From an uncultured beta proteobacterium (GTDB taxonomy: Bacteria; Pseudomonadota; Gammaproteobacteria; Burkholderiales; Burkholderiaceae_F), in assembly GCA_963710675.1 (NCBI GenBank), contig CAVQBE010000015.1, positions 82,487 to 146,486 on the forward strand: DNA of 64,000 nt, written 5' to 3'. Positions within the stretch are counted from its first letter, which is position 1. Each line of letters opens with the position of its first letter. The notes under the pieces were generated by a model, which did no database searches, was not told the DNA's origin, and was given only the letters and a program-made list of their open reading frames with translations. Shown here one piece after another: positions 19,058-28,532 of the stretch. The translations under genes and the position numbers were made by a program.

Positions 19058-19648
19058 ATGCTGATTTCTGTCGTCGTTGCCACTTACAACCGCCCCGATG
19101 CGCTGGCCGCAGTCCTGCGCAGCCTGCAAAAACAGAACGATCGTCAATTCGAAGTGGTCGTTGCTGATGACGGTTCCAGAGACGAGACCGCACAGGTGGT
19201 CCAGCGCACGCAGGCAGCATTTCCGGTGCCGGTGACTCACGTATGGCAGGAAGACACGGGTTTCCGGCTGGCTGCAGTACGAAATCGCGCCACCGCGCGC
19301 GCGCGCGGCGACTATCTGATCTACCTCGATGGCGACTGCATCGTGCGTCGAAATTTCGTGCGCGCTCACCGCGACCTGGCTGAGGCCGGGTGGTGCGTAA
19401 CGGGCGGGCGCGTATTGCTAAGCGAAACCTTCACGCATCAGGTGTTGGCGACTAACACTGCGATCGAAGATTGGAGCATCGCCAATGCTGCTGTTGCCGC
19501 GCTTCATGGCGAGCTCAATCGCGCAACGTCGTTGCCTCGGCTGCCGTTGGGTCCGTTACGAAAGCTTGGAGCACGCCGTTGGCAACGACTCAGGGGTTGC
19601 AACTTCAGCGCGTTTCGGACCGATGTCGAAACGAGTCAATGGCTTTGA
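19058..19648 (+). CDS. second glycosyltransferase family 2, N-terminal fragment (frameshifted)
   Basis: MLISVVVATYNRPDALAAVLRSLQKQ...VVVADDGSRDET...YLDGDC is GT2 type. Sense is lost after CNFSAFRTDVE. Confidence 0.8.
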   Translation: MLISVVVATYNRPDALAAVLRSLQKQNDRQFEVVVADDGSRDETAQVVQRTQAAFPVPVTHVWQEDTGFRLAAVRNRATARARGDYLIYLDGDCIVRRNFVRAHRDLAEAGWCVTGGRVLLSETFTHQVLATNTAIEDWSIANAAVAALHGELNRATSLPRLPLGPLRKLGARRWQRLRGCNFSAFRTDVETSQWL

Positions 19649-19868
19649 CGAGTGTTTTCAGGGATGGGGCTTTGAAGACTCGGACTTCGCCGCCAGGCTG
19701 ATCGAATCCGGCGTGCGATTAAAGAACGGACGATTGGCGACCAATGTGTATCACCTGTGGCACCGCGAAAACGACCGCAGGGCGGAAGGCGAAAATTGGC
19801 AGCGTCTTCAGCAACGGATCAATGCGCACGAATCACGCGCGCAGATGGGACTCGATCAGTATCGGTGA
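19485..19868 (+). CDS. second glycosyltransferase family 2, C-terminal fragment
   Basis: RVNGFDECFQGWGFEDSDFAARL continues the GT2 sequence in another frame. Junction is at about 19628-19643. Confidence 0.8.
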   Translation: MLLLPRFMASSIAQRRCLGCRWVRYESLEHAVGNDSGVATSARFGPMSKRVNGFDECFQGWGFEDSDFAARLIESGVRLKNGRLATNVYHLWHRENDRRAEGENWQRLQQRINAHESRAQMGLDQYR

Positions 19869-19871
19869 CGG

Positions 19872-22460
19872 TTAAGCGTAGTTGTAGTAGGCGCGGCGCA
19901 CCCTGGGCTGCATTGCCAGGTCCGCCGCCAGACGATCTTCAGGCCGCACACGCCACTCTTCCGGCAGCGCCACATCGACGCTGCCCGCACCGTTGCGATA
20001 GCTGATGACGATGCGGCAACCCTGGCCGGCGTGCCCGTTGGTGACTCGATACGGATCGAGCGCGTCCTTTAGCCGCACCACATCGCCCACTCCTTCGACT
20101 TCGATGCGCAGGCGAGCCGCTGCGCGTGCACGCGCCTCGGTCAGATCCATCAGCTCGTCGGCCGACACCGACAATCGCTGCGCGAATTCATCGTTGCGAA
20201 CCCTGCCGATCACAAAGAGCAGTTGATCCTCTTTCAATAACGCTCGCTTGCGGTCGTACAGTTCCGAAAAAACCATCAGCTCCAACTGGGCAGTACCGTC
20301 TTCGAGAACGACAACGCCCATACGACCGCGCCGCGTGTTCTGACTGCGCGCCGATACGATGACGCCTGCAAGCTTGACTTGCTCGCTGCGTCCCATCGGT
20401 GCGTTCTGAACATCGGCCAATCGCGTCGGCGCGAGCCGCCGCGCTTCGGCAGCGAATTCGGTGAACAAGTGGCCCGAGAAGTAATAGCCGAGCGCGAGCT
20501 TTTCGTTCGAAAGCTTCTCGCGCTCATTCCAGCGCGCCGCTGAAACATACTCGACGTGCCGTGTGCTTTCGAATGCGCCAAACAGGCTTGCCTGGCCCGC
20601 TGCAGCAGCCGTATGGTCGGCGGCATCGATCGCCCTGCCGACACTGGCCAGCAGAACCGCGCGATCTTCGTTCAAGCGGTCGAACGCGCCGGCGCGCACC
20701 AGCGCCTCGAACACGCGGCGGCTGACGAATTGTTTATCGACACGCGCGGTCAGATCGAACAGGTCCGCAAACGGGCCACCCGCCGAGCGAGCGGCAATGA
20801 TCGCCTCGATCGCCCCACGGCCGGTGCCCTTGATGGCGCCGAGTCCGTAACGAATCGTCTTTGCATCGACCGGCTCGAACCGATATCCGCTGACATTGAT
20901 ATCAGGAGGCAGCACTTTCAACCCGATTGACTTGCTGTCCTCGATCAGATCCTTGACCTTGTCGGTGTCGTCCATCAACGTCGACAAGTTGGCCGCCATG
21001 AAGGCAGCGGGGTAATGCACCTTGAAGTAAGCAGTCTGATACGCGACCAGCGCATACGCCGCACTATGGCTTTTGTTGAATCCATAACCGGCGAACTTCT
21101 CGATGTGGTTAAAGAGCTCGGTCGCAGTACGTGCGTCGACTCCCTTGCTTGCGGCGCCATCGACGAAGATCGAGCGGTGCGTCGCCATCTCTTCCGGCTT
21201 TTTCTTGCTCATCGCGCGCCGCAAAAGATCGGCGCCACCCAGTGAGTAGCCGCCGGTCACCTGCGCGATGCGCATCACCTGCTCCTGATACACCATCACC
21301 CCATAGGTTTCGGAGAGGATCGGCTCGATCGAGCGATGCAGGTATTCGACTTTCTGCCGGCCGTGCTTGCGATCGACATAGTCGGGAATCAGGTCCATCG
21401 GTCCGGGCCGATACAGCGCGTTCAACGCGATTAAATCTTCCAGTCGATCGGGCCTGGCGCGCTTCAGCAGCTCGCGCATGCCGCGCGATTCAAACTGGAA
21501 TATGGCGGTGGTCTCGCCGCGCTTGAAGATTTCATAGGTTGCAGCGTCGTCGAGCGGCAGTCGATCGAGTTCCAGCGCGAACGACGGATCAAGCTGCCGC
21601 ACGTATTTCAGCGTCAGATCCATGATCGTCAGCGTTGTCAGTCCGAGGAAGTCGAACTTGACGAGCCCGATCGCCTCGACGTCGTCCTTGTCGAACTGAC
21701 TGATCACACCTTCGGTGCCCTGCGCGCAATACAACGGAGTGAAGTCGGTCAGCTTGCCGGGCGCGATCAGCACGCCGCCCGCGTGCATGCCAACGTTTCG
21801 CGTCAGTCCTTCGAGTGGCTTCGCCAGCGCGATCAGCTCCTGGTTCTCCTCGTCGCCGGCGACCGCGTCGGCAAACGCAGGTTCCTGGGCCAGTGCGCGC
21901 TCGAGCGTCCACGGATCTGCCGGGTTGTGCGGTATCAGCTTCGACAGCTGATCGCACTTCGTGTACGGCATGTCGAGCACGCGACCCGCGTCTCTTACGA
22001 CAGCCTTTGCGCCCAGCGTGCCGAACGTCGCAATTTGCGAAACGGCCTCGTGCCCATACTTGCGCTTGACGTAGTCGATCACCCGGTCGCGATTGTCCTG
22101 GCAGAAATCGATATCGAAATCCGGCATCGACACGCGCTCGGGATTAAGAAAGCGCTCGAACAGCAATCCATACTGCAGTGGGTCAAGGTCGGTGATGCGA
22201 AGCGAGTACGCCACCAGCGAACCGGCACCTGAGCCGCGGCCCGGACCGACCGGGATGCCATTGCTCTTGGCCCAGTTGATAAAGTCGGCAACGATCAGGA
22301 AGTATCCCGAGTAACCCATCTTCGCGATGGTGGATAGCTCGAGATCGAGTCGTGCGGCGTACTCGGGCCGCCTTTCGTTGCGTAGGTTCTCGTCGGTATA
22401 CAGCTTCGACAAGTCGTTGCTCGAGCCCTTCGGACGCCAATTGCCGGCAGTGATCGTCAA
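19872..22460 (-). CDS. dnaE: DNA polymerase III alpha subunit, C-terminal about 850 aa (frameshifted gene)
   Basis: KLYTDENLRNERRPEYAARLDLELSTIAKMGYSGYFLIVADFINWAK...PDFDIDFCQ...GLVKFDFLGL... is canonical DnaE from the palm domain onward. Confidence 0.9.
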   Translation of the reverse strand: MTITAGNWRPKGSSNDLSKLYTDENLRNERRPEYAARLDLELSTIAKMGYSGYFLIVADFINWAKSNGIPVGPGRGSGAGSLVAYSLRITDLDPLQYGLLFERFLNPERVSMPDFDIDFCQDNRDRVIDYVKRKYGHEAVSQIATFGTLGAKAVVRDAGRVLDMPYTKCDQLSKLIPHNPADPWTLERALAQEPAFADAVAGDEENQELIALAKPLEGLTRNVGMHAGGVLIAPGKLTDFTPLYCAQGTEGVISQFDKDDVEAIGLVKFDFLGLTTLTIMDLTLKYVRQLDPSFALELDRLPLDDAATYEIFKRGETTAIFQFESRGMRELLKRARPDRLEDLIALNALYRPGPMDLIPDYVDRKHGRQKVEYLHRSIEPILSETYGVMVYQEQVMRIAQVTGGYSLGGADLLRRAMSKKKPEEMATHRSIFVDGAASKGVDARTATELFNHIEKFAGYGFNKSHSAAYALVAYQTAYFKVHYPAAFMAANLSTLMDDTDKVKDLIEDSKSIGLKVLPPDINVSGYRFEPVDAKTIRYGLGAIKGTGRGAIEAIIAARSAGGPFADLFDLTARVDKQFVSRRVFEALVRAGAFDRLNEDRAVLLASVGRAIDAADHTAAAAGQASLFGAFESTRHVEYVSAARWNEREKLSNEKLALGYYFSGHLFTEFAAEARRLAPTRLADVQNAPMGRSEQVKLAGVIVSARSQNTRRGRMGVVVLEDGTAQLELMVFSELYDRKRALLKEDQLLFVIGRVRNDEFAQRLSVSADELMDLTEARARAAARLRIEVEGVGDVVRLKDALDPYRVTNGHAGQGCRIVISYRNGAGSVDVALPEEWRVRPEDRLAADLAMQPRVRRAYYNYA

Positions 22461-23337
22461 GCGTCACACCTGGAGGCGTCGGAAATTTCGGCAGACGCGC
22501 CGTACCCAGCTCGAGCGTCAGGTTGCAGCGCTTGGCGATCTGCACCGAGTTCGCGAGGGCTACCGGCACGTCAGCAAACAGCTCTGCCATTTCCGTCTGC
22601 GTTTTCAGGTACTGCTCAGGTGTGTAACGCCGCGGCCGGCGCGTGTCGTTCAACGTGTGGCCTTCTGCAATGCATACGCGCGCTTCGTGCGCGCGAAAGT
22701 CTGCGCGCTCCAGGAACTGAACCGGGTGGGTTGCGACGACAGGAAGCTGAAGACGGGTCGCCAGTGACAGCGCAGCTTTTGTCTGCACCGCATCGCGCAC
22801 GTCGCCGGTACGCTGCAACTCCAGATAGAACCGGCCGCTGAATGATGCCGCCAGTCTTTGCGCCACCAGTGTTGCGGCCTCGGGTTTGCCGGCAAGCAAG
22901 CAGGAGCCGACGGCACCGTAGCGTGCGCCTGAAAGCGCAATCAATCCTTCAGCGTACCGATTCTGGCCTTCCTCGAACCACTCGATGCGCACCTCTGCGC
23001 GGTTGCGATGCGGATTTTCAAGGTAGGCTCGCGTGATCAGCGCGCACAGATTCAGATAACCGGCGCGGTTTTGTACCAGCACGACCATGCGCGTCGGGTT
23101 ATCGCGGTCCAGATCATTCGTGATCCACAGATCGCAGCCGATGATTGGCTTGATGCCGCGCTTGCGAGCTGCCAGGTAAAACCGTACCGCGCCGAACAGG
23201 TTGGCGCTATCGGTGAGGGCGAGTGCGCCCTGCCCGTCCTTCGCCGCCTTGGCGATTGCGTCATCGATACGCACAATGCCGTCGACGACCGAGAATTCCG
23301 AGTGCAGGCGAAGATGGACGAACTGCGTAACGCTCAT
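22183..23337 (-). CDS. dnaE: DNA polymerase III alpha subunit, N-terminal PHP-domain fragment
   Basis: MSVTQFVHLRLHSEFSVVDGIVRIDD (ATG 23337) through ...LASEGLEQRL. The frame is lost near 22410. The remaining codons down to 22183 are nonsense. Confidence 0.9.
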   Translation of the reverse strand: MSVTQFVHLRLHSEFSVVDGIVRIDDAIAKAAKDGQGALALTDSANLFGAVRFYLAARKRGIKPIIGCDLWITNDLDRDNPTRMVVLVQNRAGYLNLCALITRAYLENPHRNRAEVRIEWFEEGQNRYAEGLIALSGARYGAVGSCLLAGKPEAATLVAQRLAASFSGRFYLELQRTGDVRDAVQTKAALSLATRLQLPVVATHPVQFLERADFRAHEARVCIAEGHTLNDTRRPRRYTPEQYLKTQTEMAELFADVPVALANSVQIAKRCNLTLELGTARLPKFPTPPGVTLDDHCRQLASEGLEQRLVEAVYRREPTQRKAARVRRTTRSRAIHHREDGLLGILPDRCRLYQLGQEQWHPGRSGPRLRCRFAGGVLASHHRP

Positions 23338-23521
23338 TGATACGATTTTGCCATTGCGCTCGTGCCGAGACTGTGGATAACCGACCGATGGCGTCAATTG
23401 CGGTGTAATCCAGACCGAAACCCCTGGAACGCCCCCAAATACCGCTTGCCCAACCCTTTTGTCAGCCGCGACGAGCGGCTATCGTTATCCAATGGCGAAA
23501 CCACATTCCCAAGGAGACTGC

Positions 23522-24007
23522 ATGCGCCGATTCTTCTTCGCCGTTTGCCTGGCCGCGCCGATGCTGGCTACCGGCCAGTCGATGATCTACAAGGTGCAGA
23601 TGCCTGATGGCAGCGTGCTGTACAGCGACAGCGTGCCCTCAGGTGGCAAGGTGCTCGAGGAACGCGAGGCGAAAAGCACGCCACGCGTCAACGTAGTACC
23701 CAGTCAGCCACCAGGAAAACCGGCTGCTTCTGCAACCCGGCCATCAAATGCATCGGATCCGATCATGCGGCCATCCGCGGCGGCGAAGGGCGCGCCGGCG
23801 CCCGACAACATCCCCGCTCTGGAGCGTGAATTGGCAGTAGCAAAGCGAAAGCTGGAACTCGGTCGCGAGCCGCTGCCGGGCGAAAGACGCGGTTTAGCCG
23901 GCGGCGGCAGTCGCCTGACCCCGGAGTACGAGGCGCGAATCGCAGCCATGGAGCGTGACGTCGCAGCGACCGAAGCAAAGCTCAAGAGCGCGTACGACAA
24001 GCGCTGA
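23522..24007 (+). CDS. DUF4124 domain-containing secreted protein
   Basis: ATG 23522 follows AAGGAG. Signal peptide MRRFFFAVCLAAPMLATG, then IYKVQMPDGSVLYSDSVP (DUF4124-like), a Pro/Ala-rich linker and a coiled C-terminus. Confidence 0.7.
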   Translation: MRRFFFAVCLAAPMLATGQSMIYKVQMPDGSVLYSDSVPSGGKVLEEREAKSTPRVNVVPSQPPGKPAASATRPSNASDPIMRPSAAAKGAPAPDNIPALERELAVAKRKLELGREPLPGERRGLAGGGSRLTPEYEARIAAMERDVAATEAKLKSAYDKR

Positions 24008-24035
24008 AGCAAACGAAGCCCGATAGGACGCAGTC

Positions 24036-25358
24036 TTATCTCTCGAACCTGCGCTGCGCGGTAATTGCCAGTCCACTCACCACACTTGTGAAACGGTTGC
24101 CGCGCACCGTCTGCGCAGTTGGAAATGCGCTGGTTAGCCGCTCGACCAGGGAGTCGAGTCCAGTTGAACCGCCGGTAAAGTAAAGCGCATCGATTTGCCT
24201 GGAATCGATCTGCGCCTGACGGACCGTTTCGCGCGCAGTCTCTACGATGCGCTGCACATCGTCTCGGAGCGCTTCACTTCGTTGGTTCACATTGAGGGAT
24301 GCACGCAGTCCGGGTTCGATGAAATCCAATTCGATGCTTGCTTTGCCCGAGCTGGACACTTCAATCTTTGCGCTTTCAGCCAGCGCTGCCAAGTCGTGCC
24401 CTCGGTGCTGCTCCATTACACGCAACAGCCGCTGGTGAGCGCGCTCGTCGTTGTACATCGTGCGCATTAACTTGAGCTCTGCGATGCGGCTCGGCGTGTA
24501 CGTCGTGTTGATCAAGTGCCAGGTGGCAAGGTCGAAGTAAATCTTTGAAGGAACCGGTAGTCCGCGTGGACCGTCGCCCCCATAACCCAGTACCGGCATG
24601 ATTGCCGCAAGATTGATTGACCGGTCAAAGTCGGTGCCTGCCAGATGCACGCCGTGGTTCGCCAGTACATCAGACCGCCGGTCGACTGTTGCGTGACCGG
24701 CTGCACTGGCTCGAATCAGCGAGAAGTCCGAAGTTCCGCCGCCGATGTCTGCTACGAGAACGAGCCGCTCGCCATCCTCGGGGACGAGTCGCGACTCGTA
24801 GTCGAGAGCGGCAGCGATCGGTTCGAATTGAAATTGCACTTCTGAAATGCCAGCCGCCCGCGCCGCTTGCGAGAGTGTCTGTTGCGCCCGGGCATCCCGC
24901 TTCAAATCGTCATCGACGAAGAAGACGGGCCGGCCGATGACCACTCGATCGATCGGCGATCTCCAGTGCTCTTCGGCTCGCAGCTTCAAGCGGCGCAGAT
25001 AGGCGATCACCACATCGAGATAGCGCACCTGCAGGCCATTCGGAAGCTCTGTCGCCTCGTCCATCAGATCCGAGCCCAGAATGCTCTTGATGGATCGCAT
25101 CAGCCGACCCTCGTGGCCGTCGATGTAGGACGTGATGGCGGCACGACCAAATTCACGTGTTCCGTCTTCGGAGTTGTAGAACACCGCCGTGGGCATGCTG
25201 GTCTCGCCAGCCTCCAGCGGCGCCAACTCGATGTGAACGCGTGCCGAGGTCTTCGAATCGGCGACCGCGCGTGCGACCGCCGAATTCGAAGTCCCGAAGT
25301 CGATGGCGCAAGCCCGCGAGCTGACCTCTCGCGAGCTCTCGCGAGCCGCCGCCGGCAC
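24036..25358 (-). CDS. Hsp70-family ATPase, YegD-like, with no substrate-binding lid
   Basis: Actin-fold phosphate motifs AIDFGTSNSAVA, VVIGRPVFF and LVADIGGGTSDFSL; YFTGGSTG near the C-terminus. About 440 aa, which is too short for DnaK. GTG start. Confidence 0.8.
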   Translation of the reverse strand: MPAAARESSREVSSRACAIDFGTSNSAVARAVADSKTSARVHIELAPLEAGETSMPTAVFYNSEDGTREFGRAAITSYIDGHEGRLMRSIKSILGSDLMDEATELPNGLQVRYLDVVIAYLRRLKLRAEEHWRSPIDRVVIGRPVFFVDDDLKRDARAQQTLSQAARAAGISEVQFQFEPIAAALDYESRLVPEDGERLVLVADIGGGTSDFSLIRASAAGHATVDRRSDVLANHGVHLAGTDFDRSINLAAIMPVLGYGGDGPRGLPVPSKIYFDLATWHLINTTYTPSRIAELKLMRTMYNDERAHQRLLRVMEQHRGHDLAALAESAKIEVSSSGKASIELDFIEPGLRASLNVNQRSEALRDDVQRIVETARETVRQAQIDSRQIDALYFTGGSTGLDSLVERLTSAFPTAQTVRGNRFTSVVSGLAITAQRRFER

Positions 25359-25366
25359 TGGCGCTC

Positions 25367-25780
25367 TTAAAGAGCGATCAGAGCGATCGATGCACCCACA
25401 CCGTCGCGAGCAGATACACCGTTCGCGTCCATGTTGTCTCGCCGAGGTATATCGAAGTTTGAAACATAACCGCGGTCGCCAACAAAGACGATGGCCGACG
25501 GGAATTCCAGCGGACCCTGGCTGCCGTTCTTTGCGATCTGCCGCACTTGTCCGGCTGGCGTCACTGTAGCGACGGCGTTGAGCTCATTGACCGCAACCCA
25601 TAGCGTGCTACTGCGATCGAAAGCCAGACCGTCAGCACCTTCGAGCAGCGCGACTCTGAGCGAGCAGGACAGGTTTTGAGCCTTTGCCATCGGGGCCGAT
25701 CGTGACCTTCCAAATCGCGCCGCGCGCGGTGTCCGCAACATGCAGTACACCGTTGGCATCAAATGCGACACCATTGGCAA
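25367..25780 (-). CDS. SMP-30/gluconolactonase/LRE-like beta-propeller protein, C-terminal fragment
   Basis: LLEGADGLAFDRSSTLWVAVNELNAVATVTPAGQVRQIAKNG...FVGDRGYVSNFD is sensible. The first 40 or so codons are nonsense. Confidence 0.7.
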   Translation of the reverse strand: MPMVSHLMPTVYCMLRTPRAARFGRSRSAPMAKAQNLSCSLRVALLEGADGLAFDRSSTLWVAVNELNAVATVTPAGQVRQIAKNGSQGPLEFPSAIVFVGDRGYVSNFDIPRRDNMDANGVSARDGVGASIALIAL

Positions 25781-26363
25781 CGATCTGCTGTTGCGTCTTG
25801 CCGTCGGGAAGCGTGCGCACGTGCTTGTCGATCTGAACGGCTATTTCGGCGGCACCGCCATTTGGGCCGACTCTATAAACGGTGCCGCTAGCGCCGGCAC
25901 CAACGAAAAGATTTCCTTGGCGGTCAAACGCGATGCCATTCGCGCCCGGTACTCCGGTCGCAAAGGTTTGCGCCAACCCAGGCTTCGCCGGGTTGAGGTC
26001 AGCGCCGCGGATGCGCACAACCTCGCGGAACGGACCAACGGCTACGAAAAGGTCACCCTGGGAATTGAACGCGATCCCCGAAGGATCGGCATTGACTTTC
26101 TTGCTCTCAACCTCGCGCGCCTCGATCCTCCCGACGACAACGGCCTTGGGGGACTTTGGATCGACGCGGAGAATATTTCCGGTGACGCGATCAGGCAGGT
26201 AAAGCACGCCGCTGTGATCGGCCGTGATGCTCTCAACGATCACCGTGCGTTCTGTGCTTGCCGGATCAAGATCCGCAAGGAGCGACACGGTGGGATTGCC
26301 GGCCTGCATGCTCGCACAGCTAGTCAACGCAGACGCGAGGAGGCCAAGTAGGAGAACTCTCAT
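25632..26363 (-). CDS. SMP-30/gluconolactonase/LRE-like lipoprotein, N-terminal fragment (frameshifted)
   Basis: Lipobox LLASALTSC. Repeated propeller blades (GIAFNSQGDLFVA, GIAFDRQGNLFVG, GVAFDANGVLHVAD). Frame is lost near 25648-25662. Confidence 0.75.
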   Translation of the reverse strand: MRVLLLGLLASALTSCASMQAGNPTVSLLADLDPASTERTVIVESITADHSGVLYLPDRVTGNILRVDPKSPKAVVVGRIEAREVESKKVNADPSGIAFNSQGDLFVAVGPFREVVRIRGADLNPAKPGLAQTFATGVPGANGIAFDRQGNLFVGAGASGTVYRVGPNGGAAEIAVQIDKHVRTLPDGKTQQQIVANGVAFDANGVLHVADTARGAIWKVTIGPDGKGSKPVLLAQSRAARRC

Positions 26364-26441
26364 TTTTACTTCCTTTGTGGCTGAAGCATGTCGAGGCTAA
26401 GGCTGACAATTGATTCTAAGCGCGGATACGCTGAGCAGCGC

Positions 26442-26960
26442 CTAACGCTCAATGGCGTACAGCGCCACTTGCTTAGCGCCTTCGCTTAGACGCAAATGAC
26501 GCTCAAAGCGCATGCCTATCGCCTGCAGCACGCGGGTGGACGCCACATTGTCCGGATCGGTAATCGCAACGATCCGGCGGATGCCGATCGTGGCCAGTCC
26601 ATGATCAAGTACCGCCTGCGCTGCTTCAATTGCGAAACCTTGACCTCGGCTCCGGGGCAAGAACGCGTAGCCGATATCTACATCCTCGAGTCCAGCGCGG
26701 CGTACCAGGCCACACATTCCAATCGTCGATCGGTCTTCGGTCCGCGAAACAGCGCACAGGCCGAAGCCGTGCATTTGATACATCGCCAACGGTCCATTTG
26801 TCAGATAGCCGCGCGCGTCCTGCTCCGATGCAACTGCCTTGTCTCCAATGAATCGCAGCCAATCGGGATCATTCACCAACTCCATGATGAACCCGGCATC
26901 ATCGAGCGTGAACGGCCTAATCGTCAGGCGACTCGTCGTGATCGGCCTCATGGCATCCAT
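26442..26960 (-). CDS. GNAT family N-acetyltransferase
   Basis: 172 aa. Acetyl-CoA binding region RSRGQGFAIEAAQAVLDH. RimJ/RimL-like layout. Confidence 0.85.
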   Translation of the reverse strand: MDAMRPITTSRLTIRPFTLDDAGFIMELVNDPDWLRFIGDKAVASEQDARGYLTNGPLAMYQMHGFGLCAVSRTEDRSTIGMCGLVRRAGLEDVDIGYAFLPRSRGQGFAIEAAQAVLDHGLATIGIRRIVAITDPDNVASTRVLQAIGMRFERHLRLSEGAKQVALYAIER

Positions 26961-27048
26961 GGCACAAGTGTCGGTTCAACGGAAAACGCACGGAGTGCAG
27001 GCGTGACTCGCATTTTGCCCCTACGTAATTGTTTCTCCCTTTACATTC

Positions 27049-28482
27049 GTGCAAATGCGCGTCACCAACCCCCTTCTGAACGATGTTCACTCGCAGTTGA
27101 ACCCCACGCGCGTTGCGCGTGTCGAGCGGCCAATGACATTGACGGATCTACAGGCAATCGTCTTAAGTGCCCGCGAGAAGCAGCAGCACATTTCGATGGC
27201 GGGAGGTCGGCACGCAATGGGAGGACAGCAGTTTGCGGCGGACACCGTGCACATCGACACGACGCAAATGGCTCGAGTTCTGACCTCGGATGCAGAGCGG
27301 GGCCTGCTGACCATCGAGGCCGGCGCGATGTGGCCCGCGATCATCACCGCCAGTCATGCGATGTCGAACGAGGGGCGGCCTATGTGGGCCATTCGGCAGA
27401 AGCAGACTGGAGTCGATGCCGTCACGCTTGGCGGCTCCATAGCGGCGAACGCTCACGGCCGTGGCCTCGCTATGCAGCCGCTCGGCGATGACATTGAAGA
27501 ATTAACGCTCGTCGATGCACGCGGCGACGTTGTCGTGTGCAATCGTTCGCAAAACGCGGAGTTGTTCTCGCTCGCCATCGGCGGCTACGGTCTTTTCGGG
27601 ATTGTGTACTCCGCGACGCTGCGCCTTGCACCACGCATGCTGCTGCAGCGGGAGGTCGATGTGATAGACCTTGACGATGCGATGAACGCCGTGTTTCGCC
27701 GTGTCGACGAAGGATGTCTTTATGGTGACTTCCAGTTCGTGATCGACGCGATGGACGACAGGTTCCTGCGGCGCGGAGTTTTCGCCTGCTACAAGCCGGT
27801 GAGCAGCGAACGCGCTCCGTCTGATGCGACGTCCGATCTGCACCCGGAGGAATGGCTCAAACTGCTGCGGCTTGCACACGACGACAAGCGAGCGGCGTTT
27901 CGCCTGTATGCGAGTCACTACCTGAACACAGATGGCAATTGTTACTGGTCGGACACGATGCAGCTCAGCACATATGTGCCAAGTTACGCGGAGGCGATGG
28001 TGGGCCGAGCAGACGAGCCGGGCGAGACCACAGCACGTGAGACGCTGGTAATCGGCGAACACTACGTTCCGCGCGAAAACCTTCCGCAGTTCATGCAGCG
28101 CGCCGGTCGCATCTTGCGCGGTTTCGGCACGGAAGTGATTTACGGCACCATACGTTCGATTCTGCGCGACACGACTTCGTTTCTTCCCTGGGCCAAGGAC
28201 GACTTTGCGTGCGTGATCTTCAACTTGAGAACGCCGCACGACGCCGCAGGACTTTTACGGACCGCGAACACATTTCGCGCGTTGATCGATGTGTCGATCG
28301 AACTGCGCGGCAGCTTTTTCCTCACGTACCACCGCGCCGCCTTGCCCGCGCAGGTCGCTGCGTGTTACCCCAACTTCCGACAGTGGCTTGCGAAGAAACT
28401 GGTGTACGACCCAGATCAGCGATTTACGAGCGCTTGGTACACACACTACCGAGATGCGTTCGCCAGTGAGAATTCACGCTGA
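27049..28482 (+). CDS. FAD-binding (PCMH-type) oxidoreductase
   Basis: FAD_binding_4-like N-terminus (ISMAGGRHAMGGQQF...GGSIAANAHG...GGYGLFGIV). The start could instead be the ATG at 27055. Confidence 0.75.
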   Translation: MQMRVTNPLLNDVHSQLNPTRVARVERPMTLTDLQAIVLSAREKQQHISMAGGRHAMGGQQFAADTVHIDTTQMARVLTSDAERGLLTIEAGAMWPAIITASHAMSNEGRPMWAIRQKQTGVDAVTLGGSIAANAHGRGLAMQPLGDDIEELTLVDARGDVVVCNRSQNAELFSLAIGGYGLFGIVYSATLRLAPRMLLQREVDVIDLDDAMNAVFRRVDEGCLYGDFQFVIDAMDDRFLRRGVFACYKPVSSERAPSDATSDLHPEEWLKLLRLAHDDKRAAFRLYASHYLNTDGNCYWSDTMQLSTYVPSYAEAMVGRADEPGETTARETLVIGEHYVPRENLPQFMQRAGRILRGFGTEVIYGTIRSILRDTTSFLPWAKDDFACVIFNLRTPHDAAGLLRTANTFRALIDVSIELRGSFFLTYHRAALPAQVAACYPNFRQWLAKKLVYDPDQRFTSAWYTHYRDAFASENSR

Positions 28483-28532
28483 AGGCCGATCGCGCTAGCA
28501 GCACCTCGAAGCTCATTGCGGCAAGCACCGTC

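Noticed and set aside
22380-22440. Programmed ribosomal frameshift in dnaE
   Set aside because: No slippery heptamer or downstream structure is evident, and programmed frameshifting is known for dnaX, not dnaE. Similar breaks hit unrelated genes throughout the window, so error is the simpler explanation.
26496-27491. 331-aa plus-strand ORF
   Set aside because: It is antisense to the GNAT gene and out of frame with the FAD oxidoreductase. The sequence is Arg-rich and low-complexity with no motif.
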